From assembly GCF_009834535.1 (NCBI RefSeq), contig NC_045707.1:14694001-14758000 (forward strand): a stretch of 64,000 nt of DNA, in the 5' to 3' direction. Below the pieces are notes generated by a model. The model was not told the origin of the DNA, did not search any database, and worked only from the letters and a program-made list of their open reading frames with translations. Numbering within the stretch: position 1 is the first letter of the stretch; each line of letters begins with the position of its first letter. Positions 29,945 to 47,050 of the stretch are shown here, piece after piece. Position numbers and translations under genes: made by a program. The stretch comes from Camelus ferus. Lineage: Eukaryota.

Positions 29945-30840
29945 TTCCATTCATTCATTAAACATTTACTGAGTATACTGAACTAGGGATGCAGAGGAAG
30001 ACAGTTTCTGCTTTCATGAAATTCAGTCAATAGGGGAGAAAGACTAGGAAGCAGGATTACAAAGACTATGGGGAAAAGAGTGGGATAAGCACATAGTATT
30101 ATGGGGACAAAAAGCTGAAGCAGTTAATCAAGACTGGAGGATAAAGGCCAATTCCCAGACGTGATTCTCAGATCATAACTGAGCAGGCTTTCAAAGGAAG
30201 AAAAGGAAGTAATCAGACAATAAAGAACACGGAAGGTGGGAGAGGGAAAAGCATGTGCACAGGCATAAAGACTTGAGTTAGAGACAGCACTTATGAGCCA
30301 AAGCCAGGTGCAACTAAGGGGTAGTTGATGTGGATGCAGCATCGTGAGCAAAAGGAAGGGATGAAGCTGGGGAGGTAAGTAGGAGCTAGATCATGAAGGG
30401 CCTTAAAGGTCATACCGAGTAACAAGACCAGATATGTGCTTCAGAAAGACCATTCTGACAGCACTTTAGGGGAAATATTAAAAGGAGGAACACTGGAGGC
30501 AGAGAGACCACTTGGGAAGTAAAGTAATACAGATAAGAAAACAAAAGCTCTAAAACAGAGGTGGTAACAAAGAGGACAGATTTGAAACATCAAAACAGTA
30601 GAATCCACAGGATTTAACGGCCGATTAAACGGAGGAAGGAAGAGTAGAAGAGGCAAAGATGATGCCCAGGTTTCTGGCCTGGGTGATTTGGTGGCACTTC
30701 TTTAGACAGGAAACATAAGTGGAACCAACCTGAGAGTGAAGATGTTTGTTTTTAGGTTAACATTGATTTTGAGGTGCTAAGGTACAAAGCTCAAGAGAAA
30801 AGTCTGGTCTGGGTATGTGGAATCATCTGGATAGACAGCA
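29945..30840 (-). mobile_element. L2, antisense (continues ~31740-32020)
   Basis: cattcattcattaaacatttactgag start; gatgatgcccaggtttctggcctggg. Confidence 0.75.
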
Positions 30841-30879
30841 ACTGACATCATAAGAGGACCCAAGATGAAGGGGCGGCAG

Positions 30880-31740
30880 CATTCCTGGCTGCCTACCCAA
30901 ACAGCCATCTTCTCCTTCTGTCATCTAACAGAACCCCTGATTTGTTCAGATGCTGGCAGTGGGTGACTATGAGTTACCCCTCCCCAGTCCTACGTGTATG
31001 GTATGAAAACTGATCAGCTGAAGTGATGTGGGCATTTCATTTCCCTTGCCAGTGACTGAGTCACAAATGGTAAGACACTAATTCTAGACAATAAGATGTA
31101 AGGAAAGTCTGCTGGGAACATCTGGAAATTTTCCTCAATCTCGAAAAAGAATGTATGTCAATGTTCTCTTGTCCAGCCTTTGGTTGTTAACATAGAAGGG
31201 TGGGATGTTGGAGTAATCTTGAGAACATGAAGGGACAGACATTAAGAACACTAGGATGTCAGAACAGAAAAAGTGAGAAAACTTGGGTCCTTAACACTGT
31301 CAAGCTGGGGGATTGAAAAAAAAAAGTATTCTATCCCTGGACTTCTTTTNNNNNNNNNNNNNNNNNNNNNNNNNNNNNNNNNNNNNNNNNNNNNNNNNNN
31401 NNNNNNNNNNNNNNNNNNNNNNNNNNNNNNNNNNNNNNNNNNNNNNNNNNNNNNNNNNNNNNNNNNNNNNNNNNNNNNNNNNNNNNNNNNNNNNNNNNNN
31501 NNNNNNNNNNNNNNNNNNNNNNNNNNNNNNNNNNNNNNNNNNNNNNNNNNNNNNNNNNNNNNNNNNNNNNNNNNNNNNNNNNNNNNNNNNNTCATAAATG
31601 TAGACTCATACAATATTTGTCTTTTTATGTCTGGCTTATTTCACCCAGACCTCTTGCTATATGTTTAATAAATTCTCTTATTGTTTGAGCCACAGGTGTG
31701 TTTTCTATCTCTTGCAACTGATACATCCTAACTGATATAT
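30880..31740 (+). mobile_element. MLT1-type LTR nested in L2 and interrupted by an antisense L1 fragment (~31320-31645, partly N)
   Basis: Ends aataaattctcttattgtttgagccac...tgcaactgatacatcctaactgatata (MLT1 terminus); internal tcataaatgtagactcatacaatatttgtctttttatgtctggcttatttca is L1 antisense. Confidence 0.6.
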
Positions 31741-34369
31741 CTAGGGAGAGTATGTACAGTGAGAGTGGAGAAAAGGTCAAAAGCAGAAACCTGGGGCACA
31801 ACAACATTTAAAGCAGTGGGCCCAGAAGGAGGCCAGGAAAGAGAGTAAGAAGCAACAGAAGGGGGAGAAAGCAAATCAAGAGAGCAAGATATCAGAGACA
31901 CCAACGAGGAAAGAACATTTTTTTTAAAGGAAGGAGGGTCAAAGGCTATAGAAAGGGCAAATTAAGATAAGGCCTGAAAGATATCTACTGAACTTAGCTA
32001 CTAGGCAATCAATGATGACCCTGTTATAAACTAAAGCATGTCTAAGATTAGGCTCCACTCAACTCCACCTCTCACTTGTGTTTAGGCTTAGGCCAGAATC
32101 ATTATGCCAGTCTCCCTTCTAGTCCGAGAGGAAGACTCCAGTACAGGATAACCTGAAGGAGGCTACAACATCAAGTGAAGAAGGATATTAAATATAGAGA
32201 CCCAAACACCTGAGAAGGGTATGGCTTTTTCCATGGACAAGCCTCAGCAAGTGAGTCAGAACAGAGTTATCAGGTCTGTTTCAGAATATATGACCTAGCG
32301 AGATAAACCAGTGACCAGATGAAAACTAGACTCATTTGTTTCCTTGGAACACTGTGTGGCAGTGCCCTCTAACCAAAGCTTTCAGCTTGCCCTATTCTTA
32401 GAATCTTAAAATGGCTCCATATCCTGATAATCAATGGCTGCTCCAGTACCCACATCTATAGGCCTGGATATCTAGAACACTGTACTTTCCTAATTACAAA
32501 ATCACTGAAATTCCATGAGTAATCAGCCTAAAGCCTTAGTAAACCTCTGCCCCAATCTGGTCCCACTGTGCAGGTCAAGACAGAGCTGCCACTGAACAGA
32601 TGAAACAGGAAGCCATGATTTGGAAAAGGCCAACCATCACAGAGCAGCCTAAAGATACAGAAAACAGGAAACTGCCTACCTTGGGGGATAAGAGCTATCT
32701 GTGATCCCTTAGCACCTCAAACACACTTCTACCCTAGGATTTACCACAAAATGTTTTATTCACCTTTTTGTGTTTTGCTTTCCAGAGCCAAAACTTCCCA
32801 AATAATGTGCCCCTAATGCAATACAAGTCAGCTGGAGATACTGAGCCCACTAATACTGGACGGCTAGACAGGGCTTAGGGTGGCTACAGCCCATGGGCCA
32901 GTCATCTCAGGTTGCAAGCAGCTATGCCTGTCATACTGTTACCATTTTCTGTGTATGCCATGGTGGGAAAAATTTTGGCAAGTACTTTACTAGACTACCA
33001 GTCCCTTGCCAGCAAGGACCATGCCTTCTTCATGCTTCATGTTCCCAGCATCCAGCACCATGACTGATCTGTCGCTAGTGATCGATATGCTTGTTGTTGA
33101 GCGCAGTTCTACGGATAAGGCAAACGTGTGAGACTGAGGAAGACAGTATTCTATAGGTTATCTCCGATCCTTTTTCTGTATCTGACAAACTGGAGAAGTG
33201 GCTTGCAAGTTCTCAGAGCCCTAAGGTTCCTAGGATGGGATTCAGGGGCTGCCTGGGAGAAGGGGAGAACCATATGAGAGGCTCTAATTATATTCCATCA
33301 TTCTCCACCACTACTAGAACAGCTCCACTTTTATTCATTTTGTGTATCAGACTGCAAATAAGATTTTACATAATGTAAGGTTTGATTGTTTAAAAAACAA
33401 AAAAAGGAGGAGAGGGGACAAAACCACTGCAACAGAAAGCAAATGTTCTTCATCCTAAATCATGTTGAAATTCAAACATTCATGCTTGACACTCTTGTGT
33501 TTAAGCTCACATACGATGGGTTATGTCAGGCTCTCACCAGTAATGGGAGAGCTAAAAGGTACTGTGAGACCTGCCACATCCAGTCATCTCACCTTTCTTC
33601 AGAAATATGTTGATCATGGTGGATTCCTGAAATCTGGAGCCATCTCCTTTCTGGTGGTGCAGCAGATCCTTTGCAGAAATCCATTATAAATCTCTAACAC
33701 CTTCATTGAACCCCTGCCTCAGGCAGTTCTTTCCCAGACTTCAATACAAAGCCTCCAAACATTGGTGGAACTTTTTCCAAATGCTCCCCATGTCCTTTCA
33801 TTATCAAAAAGTTTTATTATTAGCACCCTACCTATATCTGCAATAGCTGTTGGAAAAGGCATAGTACCCAGAATTACAGATATCACAACTCAGTACATTC
33901 TGAAACAGAGGCAGACATTTAAAGGAGATGTGACTAAGTGAAAAGAGTGGCCAGGAAATGGAGGATGCCGAAATGCTGATTGAGACCTGAAATAATAGGA
34001 CCTAGGAATCTAAATGCCCGACCTAGGTCAATCAGGGTGCTCTTTGATGGAAGAGTCAACCATTACCTGAGTCACGCTGACTTGTCTAACAAACACTATT
34101 CTTGAGCCCCCACATCCTCACCCTACATCCAAGTCGACGGTTCAGGGCCTCTGCCTTCCTCCAGCTTCACCTCCCACTCAGGCAACAGGAGCTGCCTCTG
34201 TGAGGCTGATGCTGAAAAAGGATTTCATTGCTCATAAGCCTACGACCAGCACAGAAAGTCATGGTAACAATCATCCCCCTACACTGGTGCTTCAGGCAGC
34301 AAGTTGTTCTTTTGTAAACCTCCTTTCCTTCAAAGCAGCCTGAGTGCTCATGTTATTATTACTATTATG

Positions 34370-34625
34370 ATGATTATTAACAGCAGCTAACATTTACTCA
34401 AGGATTACTATGTGCTTTGTGTAATACCAAGTGCTTTATTTTTATTATCTCATTTAATTCTCATGTCAACACTATGAAGTAGGTACTGTTATTATCATTC
34501 TCTTTATAGACAAGAAAAACAAAGCTAAGAGAGGACAAATAATTTCACCAAAATCACACAACTAATAACTAGCAGAGGCAGGATCTGAACCTAATTTTGT
34601 CTGAGTTTAAGGGTCACAACCTTAA
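34370..34625 (-). mobile_element. MIR
   Basis: gcagctaacatttactcaaggattactatgtgc...aggtactgttattatcattctctttatagacaagaaaaac. Confidence 0.7.
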
Positions 34626-34676
34626 TTAGCATACCATTTTGTCACTAAATTAACCTGCAACAAAAATGGTGGGAGG

Positions 34677-34743
34677 AACTATGCTGTACAGCTGAAACTA
34701 ACACAATATTGTAAATCAACCACACCTCAATTAAAAAAAAAAA
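34677..34743 (+). mobile_element. Extremely 5'-truncated L1 tail with TSD
   Basis: actatgctgtacagctgaaactaacacaatattgtaaatcaaccacacctcaattaaaaaaa flanked by AAAAATGGTG(A)GGAG repeats. Confidence 0.75.
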
Positions 34744-36479
34744 TGGTGAGGAGAGCCAAACACAGTGATATGTTTTGAATCTCGGGCCTCTTGGCATCCA
34801 TTTCTAAAGGTATATGGGGAAGAAGATTCCACAATTTCCCTCAGTTATTGACTCAGCTTTAACAAACCTGGTTCTAAAGAACTTCCTCCTTCTCACCAAC
34901 AAATCCCGCCCACTGTCTTCTGAGTCCATTTCCTCTACTGGAAGAGACTAGCAGCGATGAACACACACAATATGACCCTTTGTGCATTTACGACTTCACT
35001 TCCATTCTTTCCAGCCTGCTGTCTGCTTTCCTTTACACTTGCACTCAGTTTAATAATAGCAGCTACCATTCACTGGCACCAATTCTATGCCAGGCACCAC
35101 ATACATACACTGGCTCCCTTCTCCATAATCACCAGGATCCCAATTTGTAGACAACACCCTGAAGGACTCAGGTCTAATGGAGAGACCCCTTTGCCCACAA
35201 TGGGGAAGCAGGAGATCTCACATTTCAGATAAATAATGACACTGTGTTCTAATATTTTTCTTTCGGGGTCTTAGTTTCATTATCCATGACTGTTTTGTGC
35301 TTCTCAGGAAGGTGGAGAGACCAAGACTTCTTAATTACAAAGGCTAAGGACATTTACACCCTCACTCTTATCATCAGGCACTCCCCCTGACCCTGACAGC
35401 CAAGTCATCTCTTTCCCCTTCCTTAAACTGTAGTCAGAAAACTTGAATTCATTCACATCCTGTATTCATCATGAGTGCCTACTATGTGCATAGGCATTGT
35501 GGGAGATTCAAGAGGAGATCCAATTCCTGCACTCAAAAAGCTTCGTCTCTTTGCAAAAGTGAGACATACACATGAAAAATTCTGACTATACAAGGTAATA
35601 ACTCTATGGTGGGAGGCAGGAGGCATGTGAATATGTGATACATGAGGACCCTTTCCAACTTAATCCAAGGTCAATGATTCATTCTGTGGAAAGATGAACT
35701 CAATGGATAGGCTTCTCTCTTAGAATGAGCTTTTAGAGACATGTTATTCAAACTCAGGTCTAATGTACAATGACCAATTCACTGATCCATTCCAGATATA
35801 GCAAGTAGAGACACCCCAACAACAAGCTCAAGAATAAATGGCAGCAAAGACTGTCACCACCTGATTAGGGACAAGGAAAGAAGCATGCAGAGACTAGATT
35901 CTGTCCTACTACACTGACCCAAGCAATCGGACTCCTGCAGCAGATCTCATACCAAATAAAACTTTCATGCCATAGACCAGGAGTGGCCCAATCCAACAGC
36001 GGCAGAGACAGGTTTTAAGTTACACTTTTCCCTCACCCAATGACCTCACTATTTCTTGTCACTCCTGACCACATACCACACTCGCCCGGGGCCTGGCCAG
36101 AGGGAGATGAGCAGTAATACAACCCAGAAAGAAGGGAACTCCCCAAAAAGGAGCTACCACTTTGCTAATCAAGTGGTCCATTTTAACAGGGAATTCTGCC
36201 TCCCCCTTCTTCCCTCAGTGGTGTAAGNNNNNNNNNNNNNNNNNNNNNNNNNNNNNNNNNNNNNNNNNNNNNNNNNNNNNNNNNNNNNNNNNNNNNNNNN
36301 NNNNNNNNNNNNNNNNNNNNNNNNNNNNNNNNNNNNNNNNNNNNNNNNNNNNNNNNNNNAGGATGGCACCACCTCTCATCTCGGAGCAAGATCAGATCCT
36401 CCTCCCCCTTCTTCTGCCTCCTCACCTCTTGCTCCCCACCTGCTGCCCTCTTCCCAACGTGCGGTTCCCAAGACCCGAA

Positions 36480-37450
36480 AGCGCAACCTCCACCAGGATA
36501 GCGCCCCTGGGGTGCCCCACTAGCCTGGGTTTCCGGCTAATCCCTAAACCCTCTACGCACCCCAGCCCCATGACGGGGGAAGGGGGTGTCACTATAGCAA
36601 GGCTTCTCTCTGGTCTGTTACTAAGGTCGAGTGGGAGAGGAGGTAGGAAAAAGAGACATTCCCTAGCCCTTAAATAGGAAAAGGATACAAACCCGCCCCC
36701 GCACCACCTTCCCCTGGACTGCTTTCCTCCCTCTCCACCTCAACCCCTCAAAAACCCACCTCTTGCAAGCGAGGGGAACCTAACTGCAGTCCAGGTCGCC
36801 CCCTTGTGCGAGGCGGAGGACAAATCTGTGTGCGCCCCCCACCCCCACCCCAGCTCCGCGTCCTTCAAATGCGGGGGCAGGCGTGAGGCTGGCCCGGCGA
36901 CCCCTCTCCGAGCTCTCGGGTGGAAAGAACCACACCGCCCCATGCCGGGCAGTGCCGGGCGAGCTGAGGGATGAGGGCTTTATCCCCTCAGCCCCCACCC
37001 CGAGTCTCTCCTCTACAAGGACCCGCCTTCCCTCCCCAGCCCCTCACCTGTTCCTGCTCCCAGCTCCGACGCTGCGGCCGCCGCCTCCGCCCCCGCAGGT
37101 TCCGCTCGGCTCTGGCTCCACTCTCTCCGGCTCCCCCAGCCGATTTCGGCGCGGCTGCTCCCCTGGCCCTGCTCCCGGCTCCCTCCTTCCTTCCCTCCAC
37201 CTAGCACCGGAAGCCGCGACGGCGACAGGAGCAGTGCGGCGCACCCCTACCCCCAGACATGGATACTTCCCACCTCCCCGATCGCGCGAGAGTTGCGCGG
37301 CGGCGAGCGGCAGTTCTCGCGAGATCCATCACCATGGCAGCGGCTGCAGCAGAGGCAGCCGGGTGTTAGAGCTGAAGTCCGCGCGGGGCCAGATGTGGGG
37401 GCTGGAATCTGCGGGCGGCGGAGGCGGGAGCTGGAAAGTGAGAATGAGAC
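36480..37450. promoter_or_regulatory. CpG island: ARF3 promoter and exon 1, with TCTCGCGAGA palindrome at 37315-37324
   Basis: Dense CpG; perfect CGCG-element/BANP motif; TATA-less. Confidence 0.85.
37048..37260 (-). other. ARF3: ARF3 non-coding exon 1 (5' end approximate); exon 2 starts at 25496
   Basis: Minus-strand donor GAACAG|gtgagg at 37048/37047 inside a CpG island; matching acceptor ctttgcctag|GATC at 25497/25496, 83 nt above the ATG. The TSS is not determinable from sequence alone. Confidence 0.8.
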
Positions 37451-38094
37451 AGTGGGGACAGAGGTGAGAATCCCAAACCCCAGGGCCATGCCTGGAATTT
37501 AAGACTGGGGCTGCATACTGGCCACATTGGTGATGGGTTGGGCTGAGAGGCCCGGGGCTTGGGCTCCTTGGACAAAGTCAGGAGCAGCGTAAGAGTGAAC
37601 AGCTCCTTGCTTTGGCCCTTACCCCTTCAAATCTCATCTTTATTTCTTAACCAGGGCTAGGTGCATCCCCCGTCACAGTCCTCACTGCACCACTGTTGTC
37701 GCTTACTGCTAAGAATTCGTTACTCTGGGGTCTGAATCAAGAGATCTTGTCCGTAGGGAACAGGGAGAGTGATGAATTTACGAGAATGAAAGAAACAGCT
37801 GGGCTCTGGGCCAGTTAGGAAGTTGGAACTTGAAAGACAAGCGGTTGAAGCCTAATATTCAGACGTGTGGTATGAGGAAGTATACCTAGATGAGTATGTA
37901 ATTTAGTATTACAAGGAAAGTGAGGGCTTTTGCCCCCATGTTTCTCTGTTCCTGCCCACCGTCACTTTCCTCACATTCATTTCTGCACCTCGGTCTGGGC
38001 AGGCAAAGCTGCCTTGGAACAGCTTGTGATACAAGAAGGGCACTAAGAATGGAAGAAGGTTCTTGAAGTGCCCTCTCTCCTTATAACAACAGTA

Positions 38095-38577
38095 CAGATC
38101 TTCCTCAGCTTACAATGNNNNNNNNNNNNNNNNNNNNNNNNNNNNNNNNNNNNNNNNNNNNNNNNNNNNNNNNNNNNNNNNNNNNNNNNNNNNNNNNNNN
38201 NNNNNNNNNNNNNNNNNNNNNNNNNNNNNNNNNNNNNNNNNNNNNNNNNNNNNNNNNNNNNNNNNNNNNNNNNNNNNNNNNNNNNNNNNNNNNNNNNNNN
38301 NNNNNNNNNNNNNNNNNNNNNNNNNNNNNNNNNNNNNNNNNNNNNNNNNNNNNNNNNNNNNNNTGTAAGTTTATCTGTTGTTTACCCTTGTGATGGCATG
38401 TCTGATTGGGAGCTGCAGCTCACTGCCACTGCCCAGCATCATGAGAGAGTTTCGTACTGCATATCACAAGCCTGGGAAAAGATCAAAATTCAAATTATGG
38501 TTTCTGCTCAGTGCATGTCACTTTTGCACCGTGTTTAAAAAATCGTAAGTTGAACCATCGTAAGTTGGGACCATCTG
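38095..38577. mobile_element. Tigger5/MER47-family non-autonomous DNA transposon
   Basis: TA target duplications at 38093-38094 and 38578-38579; TIRs CAGATCTTCCTCAGCTTACAATG versus reverse complement CAGATGGTCCCAACTTACGATG; interior partly N. Confidence 0.8.
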
Positions 38578-38638
38578 TATAAGGGAACACATGGCTCTTT
38601 CCTAAAGCTTGAGCCAAAATTGTTGCTTTTCTAGGTTG

Positions 38639-38664
38639 GTTTTTTTTTTTTTTTTTTTTTTTTG
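38639..38664. repeat. Poly(T) tract
   Basis: Run of about 25 T. Confidence 0.9.
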
Positions 38665-40774
38665 CCTTGTTTCTTGCCTCCTTCCAAAGAAGAACTAAGC
38701 TGGTAGATAGCTACATCACGTCTATCCCTTGTCCCCATCAATCCCCATGTATGTATTCAGCAGTCTCTTCCTCTTGTCCCAGTTTGTTTTCTTATTTTAA
38801 CCTGGAGAATAACACAACTCTAGAACGTGAAGCCAAGAGGACCTTAATTTAAGGTGGTAAAGGATGAGATGGATAACAAAGAGCATGTTTACAACAAAGA
38901 GAGTTATATCTGTCCTCGGCTGTTGCCATTAAGGACCTTTGCCTTCCTAAGCCCTGTGTTTTAAATGGCAGGAGACTCCTCCAGTGTTATCACACACTCC
39001 TAGAGTGGGCCCTGTGATACCTCCACATAGTCACTCTTTCCATTTCTTTTTCTAGAATTTTCTAGCACATGCCACCAGACACACACATTGACCACCAAAA
39101 TTATGCTTTGCCACTGTCCTTGCTAGGGCCTCAACCATATCAACACACCTTGTGGGACTCTGACAGGAGGTGACACCTGTCAGTGTTCCTGCCCAAGACT
39201 TCAGATCCTCTCAAAGCTGGGCCCCAGGTATGACAGAGGATGGAGATGGTGACAGTCTAATAGAGTTAGCAGCAAGTACCATGGTATTTGAGTCAGAACT
39301 GATGAATGGAAGTGGAGAATCTCCCAGGCCTTCTGTCCTTCACCCTTCTGGAGTCTGGAGAGGAAAGTGTCTGTTGCAGCATTACTGGGTACTTCCCATG
39401 GAGCAAACAGGAGCACAGACAGGAGGGGTGCTGCCCAGCTGGCAATTAGCCAGCCACCACAACTTCCCAGCTTTCCAGCCACTTGAAAGGCTGAGGGGAG
39501 AAGAGGTCATCCAGAGCTGAAGGAGGCCAAGAGGCCTGACCAGAGTTCATCAATCTTCCTCCCTCCCTCTGGCTGCCATTGGAGCTAAGTAAAAACTGAA
39601 ATTTTAGCCACCCGCTCTGTGGGTTGCACACTCCCACTCCCGTCACTGACCCCAGGCCTGGGCCTGAGCCCAGCGCGTGTGCCGGGAGCAGGGGTGGGGA
39701 GGGGGGTGTTGGCCTTGCTGACAAAATCCATTTGGAATTTCTCAAGGTTGTGGTTTGGGGCTTAAGTTTGCCACAGAGTGTGTCTGACGAAAGAAGAGAG
39801 AAAGCTAGAAAGAGAGAGGGAGCCAAAAAGAGCACAGAAGAAGGAAATGGGGGGAAACTAAATATTCCTGCTGTGATTTCATGGGAGATTCTCCTCCCTC
39901 TTCCTGAGTGTGAGAAATTCCTGTTCTGGATATTCCTTATCATTATTTTCTCTCATTTCCTAGGTCTATTCCAGCTGCATCCCTCTCTCCCCTAGTACCC
40001 TACATACACCTTAGGCTCAATCAGTGCCTAAAGTCCTATGTCCATCAAATTTCCAAACCCAGAATTCTCAATGAGCAAGTGGAAACTCAGGACATACAGT
40101 TTTGCCATAAAGTACTGCCTGAAACCAACACTCCTTGCCGCCCTTGCTGCTGCCCTGATGCTACCATCATTTCACCTGATTTTGAGGGTGATTTGTGTAG
40201 CAGATATATAGATATACATTGCCTAGAGGAGTGGACTGTTTCTGCATTCCCTGGCCAAGGAGATGACCTGATAGAGTCAGGATCTTGCAACGCCATAAAT
40301 ATTCAATTATTTATAAAGTTCTAAATTTTTGATGCATATTCCTTTTCTGAATTGAAAGATAATGGTTTCTTTTCAAAGATACTGGACTAGAAATAGAAAG
40401 AAATTGGAAATGAAATAAAAGAAATTCTGTTTTTTCTAGTTATGGTTATCTCCTAAAAGATAAGGGAATTATTTTACTAAGATGAAATGCAGAAGAGCTC
40501 TGAATAAGGATGGATAGAATACATATGCAAATAATTCAGTGGGGGAGCATGCTGGGTTTGCTGATTTCCAAAGCAAAAAACCCCAATTTTGAGCATAAGA
40601 ATCCTTTATATATGTTTCCCATTAGTCTTTTATCTATCCCCAAGTTCTCTGGTTTGGAGCCAGAGAGAAAAGCAGCTGCTCTTTCGGGCACAGGTGCAAT
40701 GTTGAGATATCTTCAGGACTTGAAAAACCCAGAACAGAGGTGACCTCATGGGGTATGATAGGGGTCAAAATAAA

Positions 40775-41012
40775 CCAAAATCAGAAGACCAAATCTGGTC
40801 CTGCAGTCCATTTTTGTGAATTAAGTTTTATTGGACATAGAGCCATGCCCATTTGTTTATGTATGGTCTATGGCTGCTTTCAATCTATGACAGCAGAGTC
40901 TGCTGGCAGACTGGAGTAGTTTTGACAAAGCCCAAAAGCCTAACATATCTACTGTCAAGCCCTTTACAGGAGAGGAAAAAAAAAAAAAGAAAACTTCTCA
41001 AACCCTGTTTTA
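40775..41012. mobile_element. MER58A (hAT-Charlie)
   Basis: ttaagttttattggacatagagccatgcccatttgtttatgtatggtctatggctgctttc...gccctttacag. Confidence 0.75.
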
Positions 41013-41295
41013 GGGGAGTGGAGGTGAGGCATTAAGAAAGTAAATAGGGCCTATGTTTAGATCTCTAGTCCCTCACACCCAGACGTCCCCCTGCCCCGCC
41101 CAGGTTTTTCACACTAAAAGTTGCCAACTAAGTCACCTGAAGACCATTCCAAATCCTTCAGTGGAATCAGGCATGATATTCATAAAGTCATTGAGTGTGG
41201 GAGGGTAGGAGAATTCACCTGGAAAAGAAGCCAGGACTGGGATCCAAATGTGGGTAGAAATATCACCATCTGCATCCACCGGTCCAGTAACTTAA

Positions 41296-41301
41296 TTTAT
41301 T
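41296..41301 (-). terminator. Probable WNT10B polyA signal (AATAAA)
   Basis: Minus-strand AATAAA about 720 nt after the stop codon. Confidence 0.55.
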
Positions 41302-42024
41302 TTTGTTACAAACAAGAACCAAGAACAAGTCTCAGTACAATAAATTATCCATTCCCATCCCTCCTGCTGAAGAAAGAAAAAGAGGCTCAGAGAGTCTTGG
41401 GTAAAACTCTTCCTTTGGAGGGTCCCCTTTAACATCTGAATTGGGGGGAGAGGGCAGCTTCCCTAAGGGCCTGGACAGACAACTTTCCGGGTTTCTGAGT
41501 GCCCTGTACTCTCTCCCTTCCCTAAGAAAACCCTCTCTACTGCTGTTTCCCATTACTCCCTAAGAGGGGGCCCATACTGCAGTAGAGGAGTTTGGGAACA
41601 GCAAATAGAAGTGAGTGGTCTCTTTCTGGATGCAAGTCTTATGGCTCCACAGGATGCCTGGGGCTCACCCTCAAAGAAGAAGAGTGGTCAAACTATAAGG
41701 ACTCCCCAGCCAAGAGGAGTATGCATCAGAGTTAAAGGGACCGCAGGGTTGGGTAGAGGGTAGCAATACAGTTCATTTCATCTTAGTCCATTCAGGTGTT
41801 TTAAGGAGCAGTAGAGGGGGGCAGGTCCCCCCTAAGGCCCTCCTAACTGTTGGGGAGAAGGCCACACCTCACAGACTCCACCTGACCCCTACTGCCCCCA
41901 AAGCTATTTCCAGGTAGATACTGTGGGCTTCCGGGGCCAAGATTGATTGACCCTGGACAGAAATCAGAGCAAAAGTCTGCACTGGTGCTCCTCCCCTTCC
42001 CCAGCCCTGCAGTGAGGCTGACCC

Positions 42025-47050
<5,026 letters not shown>

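Noticed and set aside
36586-36601. SP6-promoter-like GGTGTCACTATAG (and T7-like CACTATAGG at 28348) suggesting vector contamination
   Set aside because: Short partial matches in continuous genomic context with no other vector sequence; the 36588-36601 stretch fits an RFX-like X-box at least as well.
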